DNA from: Verrucomicrobiales bacterium
Lineage (GTDB): Bacteria; Verrucomicrobiota; Verrucomicrobiia; Verrucomicrobiales; V1-33
Assembly (NCBI GenBank): GCA_050998515.1
Contig: JBPCQC010000019.1
Span: 200,357 to 264,356 of the forward strand
Direction of reading: 5' to 3'
Length of the DNA stretch: 64,000 bases
Part shown: in pieces, positions 43,002-52,696 of the stretch
Layout: each line of letters starts with the position of its first letter
Numbering within the stretch: the stretch's first letter is position 1
Made by a program: the position numbers and the translations under genes
Notes under the pieces: generated by a model
Seen by the model: the letters and a program-made list of their open reading frames with translations, nothing else
Database searches by the model: none
What the model was told of the DNA's origin: nothing

Positions 43002-46000
43002 GTTCTCCCCACCCGCGTGGGGATGGTCCGACCGTCTCTCATGACACCATAGCCGTCAAGCTGTTCTCCCCACCCGCGTGGGGATGGTCCGCTCATCAGC
43101 AAACCGCGTCGAATAATCATACAGTTCTCCCCACCCGCGTGGGGATGGTCCGGCGGAGCGCACCGGGTAAGCCAGCTCTTCTTTGTTCTCCCCACCCGCG
43201 TGGGGATGGTCCGCCACTGACGTTGTTGAGCGCGCCACGCAGGCCGTTCTCCCCACCCGCGTGGGGATGGTCCGCGCATCCCAGGCGTCCGGATCGCGCG
43301 TGCGGGGTTCTCCCCACCCGCGTGGGGATGGTCCGGTTTCGAGCTGGGGCAATCTGCAGCCGGTCTCGTTCTCCCCACCCGCGTGGGGATGGTCCGTGGA
43401 TCGTCGCACCGTTTGCAATCGCATGGCTGTTCTCCCCACCCGCGTGGGGATGGTCCGGATTCCCGATCCGGCGCGCTGGGGTAATTTCAGTTCTCCCCAC
43501 CCGCGTGGGGATGGTCCGCTGGTCGAGCTTCTGAATAACGAACTGCGCATGTTCTCCCCACCCGCGTGGGGATGGTCCGTATGTCGCACTCTATGCGAGA
43601 TTTATTTTGCGGTTCTCCCCACCCGCGTGGGGATGGTCCGCGCTGTTCCGTCGGCGGCTTTGGCTTTCAGTTGTTCTCCCCACCCGCGTGGGGATGGTCC
43701 GGGTGGATGGACCGGCGATTTCATCGCGACACCGTTCTCCCCACCCGCGTGGGGATGGTCCGCCGGGTGTGGGCGCTCGACTGGATGATGATGTGTTCTC
43801 CCCACCCGCGTGGGGATGGTCCGCGGCGCCGGCCGCGGTCTCCGGGCAGCGGAAAGTTCTCCCCACCCGCGTGGGGATGGTCCGCAATGTTAATCGAAGG
43901 CGTTGATGAGAACGAGGTTCTCCCCACCCGCGTGGGGATGGTCCGCGGCTCTCGCTTAAGGCTGGTGCTTGGGCAGCGTTCTCCCCACCCGCGTGGGGAT
44001 GGTCCGGGTAGGGGCTGAGCTGCCCCCGGCCCCTTCCTGTTCTCCCCACCCGCGTGGGGATGGTCCGGACATCGGAGAGCGCGTCATCGATGAGAAGGGG
44101 TTCTCCCCACCCGCGTGGGGATGGTCCGATCCTCGAGCAGGAAGGCCTCACGCTGCCGAAGTTCTCCCCACCCGCGTGGGGATGGTCCGCGCTTTTGGAT
44201 GTTGCCGTGGATATCGAGGATGTTCTCCCCACCCGCGTGGGGATGGTCCGACATGGTGGCTCACCACGGTTACCTTCCGCTAGTTCTCCCCACCCGCGTG
44301 GGGATGGTCCGTTATTCGACGATGGAGCGTCTTGGTAGATTTTGTTCTCCCCACCCGCGTGGGGATGGTCCGGGCAACCGCATCCTCGTGCGCAAACAGG
44401 CAACGTTCTCCCCACCCGCGTGGGGATGGTCCGAAATGACTCAGGCTCCTAACTTCGCACGCACCGTTCTCCCCACCCGCGTGGGGATGGTCCGGGGCCG
44501 GTGGAGGTGAATGAGAAGACGGTGGAGTTCTCCCCACCCGCGTGGGGATGGTCCGGTAAAATCCAGAGCGACTGCCATGTAGTTGTTGTTCTCCCCACCC
44601 GCGTGGGGATGGTCCGCGCAGCATCAGCCACAACGAGATTGTGACGGTGTTCTCCCCACCCGCGTGGGGATGGTCCGCATATTTTCTGGCAGTGGGTGTG
44701 CTCATGGGCGTTCTCCCCACCCGCGTGGGGATGGTCCGTGACAGTGGAAACAGAGGATGAGGACGTGCTGGTTCTCCCCACCCGCGTGGGGATGGTCCGT
44801 CCTCGTCGCTGTCGGCCATCTTTACCAGGTAGTTCTCCCCACCCGCGTGGGGATGGTCCGCCCTTCTTGCGCACGCGCTTCATTTCGCGCGAGTTCTCCC
44901 CACCCGCGTGGGGATGGTCCGGGCAGCAACTGGTCGGAGTTACCACCGGAAAGGTTCTCCCCACCCGCGTGGGGATGGTCCGATCGAGATCGCCGCGGCC
45001 AAGGTCCGTAATGGGTTCTCCCCACCCGCGTGGGGATGGTCCGGCGCGCGGCACCAAGGTGGCAGATGGCTCCACGTTCTCCCCACCCGCGTGGGGATGG
45101 TCCGTCGGCGGCGGCGATGGCTTCATTGAGCAGGAGGTTCTCCCCACCCGCGTGGGGATGGTCCGGAATCGAGGAATTGATGCGCCAGGTTGCGGACGTT
45201 CTCCCCACCCGCGTGGGGATGGTCCGAATGGTGAGGACCTGGCTGAGCGTTTGGCGCAGTTCTCCCCACCCGCGTGGGGATGGTCCGGGATTCGGGAAGC
45301 CATCGTCATGCACCACGAGGTTCTCCCCACCCGCGTGGGGATGGTCCGCAAACGTTCGCGGCGCAGGAGCGCGTCTTTTAGTTCTCCCCACCCGCGTGGG
45401 GATGGTCCGACCTCGCGCGGGGCCATCAGGCGCGGGCGGCAGTTCTCCCCACCCGCGTGGGGATGGTCCGGTGGTGGATGTGCCTGCCGCTCCGGGCGCT
45501 CCGTTCTCCCCACCCGCGTGGGGATGGTCCGCAATCCCGCGGCGGAGAGGCACAACAGCAGTTGTTCTCCCCACCCGCGTGGGGATGGTCCGATGGCGCG
45601 CTCCCCGGGGCGGTCGATATCATCGTTCTCCCCACCCGCGTGGGGATGGTCCGTCTTCCTCGCTGTCCGCCATCTTCACCAGGTAGTTCTCCCCACCCGC
45701 GTGGGGATGGTCCGTGGGCGAGTTCAAGCCGCCGTTTCCACTGCGGGTTCTCCCCACCCGCGTGGGGATGGTCCGAAATGGAGGCGAGCATGAGTAAAAA
45801 CAACGGCGTTCTCCCCACCCGCGTGGGGATGGTCCGGACGTCATGAAGGAGCAGTGACCCGGCGTTCTGTTCTCCCCACCCGCGTGGGGATGGTCCGCAA
45901 ACCAACTCAGCAAAGACCAATCAAACGCCGTTCTCCCCACCCGCGTGGGGATGGTCCGACTCGAGGCGCCCTTCTGGCCATCGCCCCTGAGTTCTCCCCA

Positions 46001-47848
46001 CCCGCGTGGGGATGGTCCGACACCCCGAGCGCCCGAGCTTTCCGCAGCCGCGTTCTCCCCACCCGCGTGGGGATGGTCCGAAAAGTTCCATGCCCCACCG
46101 CTCGCGGCAATCGTTCTCCCCACCCGCGTGGGGATGGTCCGAAGAACGAGCACCTTGGCGGCGGGCGATGACTGTTCTCCCCACCCGCGTGGGGATGGTC
46201 CGCTGGAACCATCGCGATCACTCCCGCGGCTGCTGTTCTCCCCACCCGCGTGGGGATGGTCCGCACATGAAGATCCACTGGCTCCTATCGAGACTGTTCT
46301 CCCCACCCGCGTGGGGATGGTCCGCGAGAGCCGCTTGATCCACCCGGTCTTGTCGAGTTCTCCCCACCCGCGTGGGGATGGTCCGTCAATACACTATATT
46401 GGGTCGTTATGATGGTCGTTCTCCCCACCCGCGTGGGGATGGTCCGCGGGGCGAGCAGCTCGTATGAGTGGTGCGAATGTTCTCCCCACCCGCGTGGGGA
46501 TGGTCCGTCTGGCGGCAAGGCCACCGGAGCGCTGCGCCGGTTCTCCCCACCCGCGTGGGGATGGTCCGCGCCATCTGCTCGTAATCCCCTGTTCCAGCCA
46601 GTTCTCCCCACCCGCGTGGGGATGGTCCGCAGAAGCACCCGCGCTATTCCTGGGTGGCGCTGTTCTCCCCACCCGCGTGGGGATGGTCCGTTGCCGGGCG
46701 GGCAGGTGCCCATCACTAGCACGTTCTCCCCACCCGCGTGGGGATGGTCCGGCCCGCGGCGGCGGGTGATGCGGCGGCGGGTGGTTCTCCCCACCCGCGT
46801 GGGGATGGTCCGCATCTTGAAACGCTTGTCGAAACACGGGTGTCGTTCTCCCCACCCGCGTGGGGATGGTCCGGCGGGCGATTCCTTGAGGAGGTCCTGG
46901 TCGACGTTCTCCCCACCCGCGTGGGGATGGTCCGAGTCCTTGCCTCCGGTAAAGCTGAGCCGCGGTGTTCTCCCCACCCGCGTGGGGATGGTCCGGATAA
47001 TTATACTGGCGCCTGGCAACTCTGCTGGTTCTCCCCACCCGCGTGGGGATGGTCCGAAGCTCGGACAGATCATCGACGTTTATGTCGGGTTCTCCCCACC
47101 CGCGTGGGGATGGTCCGGCTGGCGGCTTTCTGCCGAGTCAGAAACCTTCGTTCTCCCCACCCGCGTGGGGATGGTCCGAGATCGAGCGCCTCGAGCGGGG
47201 TGAGTCGCCGTTCTCCCCACCCGCGTGGGGATGGTCCGTGGCCATAGTCATCGACTACCGACATCAGCCGGTTCTCCCCACCCGCGTGGGGATGGTCCGC
47301 TCAGCGTTTCGCTGTGCGCTCCCTCTGAAATGTTCTCCCCACCCGCGTGGGGATGGTCCGGAACTCCTGTGTTGGACATCCAGTAGTAGCCGGTTCTCCC
47401 CACCCGCGTGGGGATGGTCCGCAACCTGACCAGTCTTAACGCGTCCAACCTTTGTTCTCCCCACCCGCGTGGGGATGGTCCGGTGGTCTCATTCATGGGA
47501 TTCACGTTGATCCGGTTCTCCCCACCCGCGTGGGGGTGGTCCGGGCCTCGCCAAGATGTTTGCCGGCACGCCGGCGTTCTCCCCACCCGCGTGGGGATGG
47601 TCCGGCGGATCACAATACGACTGCGACGGGGACGGAGTTCTCCCCACCCGCGTGGGGATGGTCCGTTCATCGAAAACCGCTCGCGTCACCGCAGGCTGTT
47701 CTCCCCACCCGCGTGGGGATGGTCCGCCGTTTAAGTGAGCGATTAGTGAGTCGAAGGTGTTCTCCCCACCCGCGTGGGGATGGTCCGTTGTAGGCGGCGA
47801 GGGCTTTCTTTTGAGCGGGGTTCTCCCCACCCGCGTTCCGTCTACCTT
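43002..47848 (+). CRISPR. Type I-E CRISPR array: 80 repeats of 29 nt (GTTCTCCCCACCCGCGTGGGGATGGTCCG), 79 spacers
   Basis: Every repeat was enumerated by hand. The period is 61 nt from 43002 to 47150, one 60-nt unit follows (31-nt spacer at 47179-47209), then the period is 61 nt to 47820. The repeat has the palindromic core CCCCAC-CCGC-GTGGGG and ends ...CCG, like the E. coli I-E repeat in the transcribed orientation. Repeat 75 carries A>G at 47536. The terminal repeat (47820-47848) keeps only the first 17 nt. Confidence 0.97.
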
Positions 47849-47850
47849 CG

Positions 47851-49329
47851 TTACCCCAGCACGCGATTAAGCAAGTTTCGCGTGATAGTTTGGACCCGCG
47901 TGTCGGGTCCATTTGGACATGGCGTCGTGTAGGCCGTCGGTCTCATAAAACCGGGTGGTTCACTTAGCCCGAGGCTCCACCAGATCGTCGAGGCGTTGAA
48001 GACGAAGTTTTTCTTCGGGGCTGGATAGATCGTCGCGACGAACTGGCCGCCATTCAGTTTTCCGGGAGCTGATTGTGTAGGGCCGGCGGCGACGATTTCC
48101 AGTCCGGGAATGTCGGTGGCGGGATCGCCGTGCCATTCCCATCCGACGAGGCCTGGGATGGCGTCGCCCTTTTTCATGCCGGTGCTTTCGAAGAGCCAGT
48201 GTTCCGGTTTAACGCACGTCCAGTCGGCACCGCCGGTAACCGGCCAGACGCTGTGCGCACCGATCAGGTTTTTCGCCCAGGGACTGGTGTGCGGAAGCGT
48301 GTTCATGGCCACGAATCGCATTTCGGTGTCAGCAGGTCCGAAGACATCGATGCGTTCGAACGCTCGGTGTCGTCGGCCGTAGGCGATGCGCCCGCAACAA
48401 GTGTTGCCAGAAAGAAACAGCACGCTCACACCGGCATCAATGGTCGCGCGCACATTGTCATACATTTCAAGTGTCCAATATTCGTCGTGGCCAACCGAAA
48501 GCAGCCCGCGCGCGCGCGTGAGACCACCGCGGTCGCGATGTGTATCGACATTCGAAATGTAGGTGACGTCGTATCCATGCTCCTCGAGCCAAAAGGCCAG
48601 CGGGAACTCCCAGAGTAGAAATTCCCCGCTGCCGGTGCTGACTGGCACGTCGAAAATCTGACAGTATTTACCGTACGGCCGGTTGAAGCTGACTTTGACG
48701 CCGCCTCCCCAATACCAATCGCTCTTACCATCATCGTAGAGCGAGAAGTGGTCCGGCCATCGGTTGTAGGACTGCCACGTATGATCGGAGCACTGAAACA
48801 GAAAATCCGCCTGGCGGTCGTCGCGTACGATGAATATGACGTAGCTCTGTATCCCTTCGCGGCACTCGGTCAATTTGCCAAGATAGACCCCGCTCAACCA
48901 GTCAGCGGGAATTTTAATTTCTGCCGACACTTCCCAGGCGCAATCGCGCAGGCGCTTTTCGCCAACCGGCGGGTCCGCTTGTATGCGGCCGGCAAACGGC
49001 CCCATCGAGCCAACTTGCCGCCCGCCCGCTCCCCCGTAGTATCCGAGCCGAAAAATATCGAGTGTGAATGCTGACGCGGGATTCGTGCTTACGAAAAATT
49101 TGAGCGTTTCCCCGGCCTTCACGCTGGCATGGGAGCAATAGCCTTCGATCCAGGGACAACGCCATTTCGCCGCTCCATCGACTCGCGTCTTCGTCAGCAA
49201 CCAATCGCGGGCTCCTGGTTTCGAATTTTCGAGTCTGACGAGATCGCCGCCCTGCACCGAAGGCAGGACCAGCCCTGCTGTCGACCCTGCTGCCGTCGCC
49301 TTTAAAAACCCGCGTCTGGTCGCACGCAT
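47851..49329 (-). CDS. Tat-secreted protein, N,N-dimethylformamidase beta-subunit-like family
   Basis: 492 aa. A Tat signal is present (MRATRRGFLKATAAGSTAGLVLP). The body (IEGYCSHASVKAGETLKFFVSTNP...YVIFIVRDDRQADFLFQCSDHTWQSYNRW...) matches my recollection of this family. Its stop lies 2 nt from the last CRISPR repeat. Confidence 0.5.
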   Translation of the reverse strand: MRATRRGFLKATAAGSTAGLVLPSVQGGDLVRLENSKPGARDWLLTKTRVDGAAKWRCPWIEGYCSHASVKAGETLKFFVSTNPASAFTLDIFRLGYYGGAGGRQVGSMGPFAGRIQADPPVGEKRLRDCAWEVSAEIKIPADWLSGVYLGKLTECREGIQSYVIFIVRDDRQADFLFQCSDHTWQSYNRWPDHFSLYDDGKSDWYWGGGVKVSFNRPYGKYCQIFDVPVSTGSGEFLLWEFPLAFWLEEHGYDVTYISNVDTHRDRGGLTRARGLLSVGHDEYWTLEMYDNVRATIDAGVSVLFLSGNTCCGRIAYGRRHRAFERIDVFGPADTEMRFVAMNTLPHTSPWAKNLIGAHSVWPVTGGADWTCVKPEHWLFESTGMKKGDAIPGLVGWEWHGDPATDIPGLEIVAAGPTQSAPGKLNGGQFVATIYPAPKKNFVFNASTIWWSLGLSEPPGFMRPTAYTTPCPNGPDTRVQTITRNLLNRVLG

Positions 49330-49721
49330 AGAGGAAGATTAAGCAATTGAACCATGGAAGGCAACGATGCTTCAAATTCGGAGTTAAGACACCTCCACTG
49401 CAAAGTGAGCGCGTCGTTCGTTCGTGCGCGAACTCGAAAACGGTTTCCATCCGTGCAATGTTCCATTGAATTCAGCGCGGGCAGAATTCAATGCGGCTCG
49501 CGATACGCTCGCCCTCCCGTGATAAATGGAGCGCCACGCAGGGAGGGCGAGTCCTACCGGCGAGCCGCGCTGAATCTCGTCCAATCGCCCTTCGGAATGG
49601 TGTCAGGTGCTTGAGCGACTCGTCTCCGCCCTCTTCAAAGCCGAGCAGCACGAACAACAAAAACGAATCAGCTCCGGCCTCGCCTGGTTCCTCAAGGCCC
49701 GCAAAATCTCCCCCAAGGGCT

Positions 49722-51176
49722 TTACTCGAACCAGCCCTGGCGCCGAAGCAGCTCCTGGAACTTCGGGTCGTTGAGGGAGACGGGTTCGAAATAATTGCCG
49801 GCGACCGTTCGGTGCCACCACTTGGGTTCGCCGAAGGCGGTGAAGCGGTAGCGATACCTCCGCGCGCGAATGTATTTCGGAGGCGCATCGGGAAACGGGT
49901 TGTGGGCGAGCAGTTTGAGCACACGGCGATCACCGCGGAGAAGTTTGGCCACGAAATTGACGAACCACGCGTGTTCCCAATAAGGCGACATGGCCGCGAA
50001 CCACATCTGCCAATCCAGTTTGTAATGATACGGAGAGACGACACATGGCCGGCGCCTCGGGTTTCCAGGTTTCCCTTTAAATTCATATTCGCGCCAGTCG
50101 GCGGTCTCGTCCGGCAGGGCGGCGTCGGTGCCCTCGACGGCTACCTCGAAACGCTCGCGAGTGACGCCACCGAACGCGCCATAGGAATTCACCAGGTGCA
50201 ACGGTTCGAAGCTGGCGTTCATCAGTTGGCGGCGGGAAAAGAGGTTTCGCGTCGGGCGCCAGCTAAGGGCCAGCACCACCACCGCCAGCGCGGAGACCGC
50301 GACTTGATGAAACAGCGGTGAGCTTTCCGGCACCGAGTAGTCAATCGGGATCAGGCGTGATAGCAGGGCGTCATCAAAGCACGGGATGCAAAGCACGATG
50401 GTGATCCAGTTGAGCCAAGAAAGATTTCCGCTCAGCATAAGGCCTAACTGAAAGAAAATCGTCAGCGCCCCAGCGATGTAGCCAAGCGGAGGCGGAGCGA
50501 AATAGAACACCGGAACGATCAGCTCGACAAAATGCGTGAGCAGCACCTCGGCCTTGTGAACCGGCTTGGGCAGGTGATGGAAGAACCAGCTCAGTGGGTT
50601 GGGCAACGGTTGGGTTTCGTAGTGGTAAAACATGCAGGTGAGGTCCCGCCAGCAGGGGTCGGCGCGGATTTTGATCATACCGGCGCCGAACATGACCCTG
50701 AAGAGCACCCACAGCAGCAGCCACATCACAATGACCGGCGGCCGAGTGTCCGAAGAACCCAGAAAAATCGCCAGAAATCCGCTTTCGAGAAGGAGGGTTT
50801 CCCAGCCGTACCCGTAAAAGATCTGACCGACATTGACCAGCGACAGATAGAGCAGCCAAAGAAGCGCCCAGACTATCATCGAGACCGCCAGACCCCAGGA
50901 ATCGGAGGCTCCAGTGACAGCCAGCGCCGAGAGCGCCACCCCAAAGGAGATCAACACCATGGCGAAGCGATCCGACCCATTGAGCCAAAAGAGGCTTGGC
51001 GCCCGACGAAACTGTACGCGCTTTAGAAACAGGCGCACTGGAATGATCCCCTTTTCCCCGAGAAGCGGAAGCCATTGATTGAGGGCAATCAGAAACGCGA
51101 TCAAATAAATAAACCCGAGCGCGCGTTGGAAGCAAAAGCGCGTAAGCCAATAATCGGCTGAATCGGGAAAATCCAC
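49722..51176 (-). CDS. Lipase maturation factor (LMF1-like) family membrane protein
   Basis: 484 aa with a GTG start. It is polytopic (FCFQRALGFIYLIAFLIALNQWLPLLG..., WETLLLESGFLAIFL...), as in the LMF family. Confidence 0.65.
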   Translation of the reverse strand: MDFPDSADYWLTRFCFQRALGFIYLIAFLIALNQWLPLLGEKGIIPVRLFLKRVQFRRAPSLFWLNGSDRFAMVLISFGVALSALAVTGASDSWGLAVSMIVWALLWLLYLSLVNVGQIFYGYGWETLLLESGFLAIFLGSSDTRPPVIVMWLLLWVLFRVMFGAGMIKIRADPCWRDLTCMFYHYETQPLPNPLSWFFHHLPKPVHKAEVLLTHFVELIVPVFYFAPPPLGYIAGALTIFFQLGLMLSGNLSWLNWITIVLCIPCFDDALLSRLIPIDYSVPESSPLFHQVAVSALAVVVLALSWRPTRNLFSRRQLMNASFEPLHLVNSYGAFGGVTRERFEVAVEGTDAALPDETADWREYEFKGKPGNPRRRPCVVSPYHYKLDWQMWFAAMSPYWEHAWFVNFVAKLLRGDRRVLKLLAHNPFPDAPPKYIRARRYRYRFTAFGEPKWWHRTVAGNYFEPVSLNDPKFQELLRRQGWFE

Positions 51177-51184
51177 CTGGGAAG

Positions 51185-51212
51185 GCAGAATGCAGATTGC
51201 AGAATACAGAAG
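51185..51212 (-). repeat. Four tandem heptanucleotide repeats (plus strand GCAGAAT GCAGATT GCAGAAT ACAGAAG) in the 5' leader of the LMF-like gene
   Basis: Read directly from the sequence. On the mRNA strand this is ...CTTCTGT ATTCTGC AATCTGC ATTCTGC, followed by 8 nt and then GTG (51176). Confidence 0.7.
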
Positions 51213-51307
51213 TCAAATTCTGCGTTAGACCGCCTCACTTATTCACTCTGCGACGTTCATTTTGCGCTTTTGCACTCGCAATCTGCGCTCTGCGTTCTGC
51301 CTTGCCT

Positions 51308-51919
51308 TCAGCGTGTGATAATCACGGGTGTGCCCACGGATGCATTTTCAAAAAAGCGTCGGGCAATTTTGTCGGGAAGCCGGATGCACCCGTGAGAGGC
51401 TGGATAGCCTGGGAGATAGCCGGAGTGCATGCCGGTTGCGGGATAGAATTGCAGGTACCAGTGCATCTTGGCGGGATCGAAGGCACAGCCCCGCGGTATG
51501 CCTTGTCGGACATCAATGTTTTTCTCGACCACCTCGCCCGTCTCGCGGTCGACGAAATCGCCGTAAAGACTCGAAGTGTGGTCGGCATCCTTGTAGGTGA
51601 CGCTGAAGCGCCCGGCTGGCGTCGGGTGGCTTTCATCGCCGCTCGAAATCCTGGCCCGTCCCACCATGTGATCCCCGCGAAAAAAGTAGGCGGCCTGCTC
51701 GCCCAGGTCGATCTCGAGGCGTGGCGAGCCTCCACTGCCATCATCCTCCCAATAGGAAAAAGTATCTTCGACCGGGGTGTAGGCCGGTCTTCCGGGTGCC
51801 GGGATGGTCAGGCCTTCGAGATAATCGGTGTGACGGCGTGGAGAAGGCAGGTTGCTGGCACAGCCCGCCACGAGGGCAGCCGCCATCACGGGAACCAGGC
51901 GAAAATTGAAGAACTTCAT
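51308..51919 (-). CDS. L,D-transpeptidase (YkuD) lipoprotein
   Basis: ATG at 51919 gives the lipobox signal MKFFNFRLVPVMAAALVAGCAS. The catalytic motif is HSGYLPGYPASHGCIRLP. Confidence 0.8.
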   Translation of the reverse strand: MKFFNFRLVPVMAAALVAGCASNLPSPRRHTDYLEGLTIPAPGRPAYTPVEDTFSYWEDDGSGGSPRLEIDLGEQAAYFFRGDHMVGRARISSGDESHPTPAGRFSVTYKDADHTSSLYGDFVDRETGEVVEKNIDVRQGIPRGCAFDPAKMHWYLQFYPATGMHSGYLPGYPASHGCIRLPDKIARRFFENASVGTPVIITR

Positions 51920-52071
51920 TTTGGGGCGTGCGACGAGATTGATGGCGCGCAGGGTCATCGCGATCGGCACATTTTTGAGAGGCGGATAGTGCGAAGAATG
52001 GAGCCGGCTGCAACTGATTTTTGCCATTGCAGCCGCTGCGTTCCCGGGAGAATCTGCCCGTTCCCTATCCG

Positions 52072-52446
52072 ATGCCGACCTACGAATACGTTTGCCAGAA
52101 ATGTGACCACGAGTTTGAAGTCTCTCAGTCAATGAGGGACAAACCGCTCAGCCGGTGCCCTTCGAAAGGCTGCGGCGGAAAAATTCAGCGCAAGCTTGGG
52201 GTCGGCGCGGGCCTCATCTTCAAAGGAGCCGGCTTTTACACCACGGACTACCGCAGCGATTCCTACAAAAAGGCGGCCAAAGCAGAATCCGGCGGAGGTG
52301 CCGAGACAACAGCGGCCAAGAGCGAGGGCAAGGGCGATACCGCCCCAGCGAAAACCGAGAAAGGTGCTCCCTCGCCCGCGCCCACGAAAACCGAGACACA
52401 CAACAAATCCGGCAGCGAACGCAAAAGCACCGGTGGAGACGCCTGA
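52072..52446 (+). CDS. FmdB-family zinc-ribbon regulatory protein
   Basis: MPTYEYVCQKCDHEFEVSQSMRDKPLSRCPSKGCGGKIQRK is the canonical CxxC...CxxC FmdB N-terminus. A low-complexity tail follows. Confidence 0.8.
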   Translation: MPTYEYVCQKCDHEFEVSQSMRDKPLSRCPSKGCGGKIQRKLGVGAGLIFKGAGFYTTDYRSDSYKKAAKAESGGGAETTAAKSEGKGDTAPAKTEKGAPSPAPTKTETHNKSGSERKSTGGDA

Positions 52447-52696
52447 TCCGGTGGCATCGACGGCTCGTCGATGGGTCTCAGTGGCAGCTCACGGCTGGAT
52501 CCGCCAGGGGCGCCTGAGACAGGCTATTGGCCGAAGCCACAAAATTCTTCGTTTTCTCAAGCAAGGGCCGATTTTAGTGACGCCTTGTTGTGCCCGGAAA
52601 ATTTCTCTGGCCAAGGCTATCACTGACACTGAATATAGGGAATCCAGCCGCACGAGCCGGCGGCGTTCCCAGTTCCAGCCCCTACCCTATCCCCTT

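Noticed and set aside
43031-47819. Self-targeting spacers (a spacer matching elsewhere in this 64-kb window).
   Set aside because: I spot-checked spacers against distinctive sequences in the window by eye and found no match. This is not an exhaustive search, and a BLASTN of all 79 spacers against the genome is needed.
42989-47912. Dozens of overlapping ORFs on both strands with reiterated peptides ([51 protein letters not shown]).
   Set aside because: They are six-frame translations of the 29-nt CRISPR repeat recurring every 61 nt. They are not protein-coding genes.
50374-51216. 280-aa minus-strand ORF overlapping the LMF-like gene in another frame.
   Set aside because: The co-directional overlapping frame 49722-51176 has clear polytopic membrane-protein character and LMF-like motifs. 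This alternative frame is Arg/Ser/Gly-rich.
52196-52696. N-terminal extension of the 1724-aa ORF, which would start inside the FmdB gene.
   Set aside because: The extension overlaps the FmdB zinc-ribbon gene in another frame and is Arg/Pro-rich. A proper signal peptide starts at ATG 52697, which was taken as the start.
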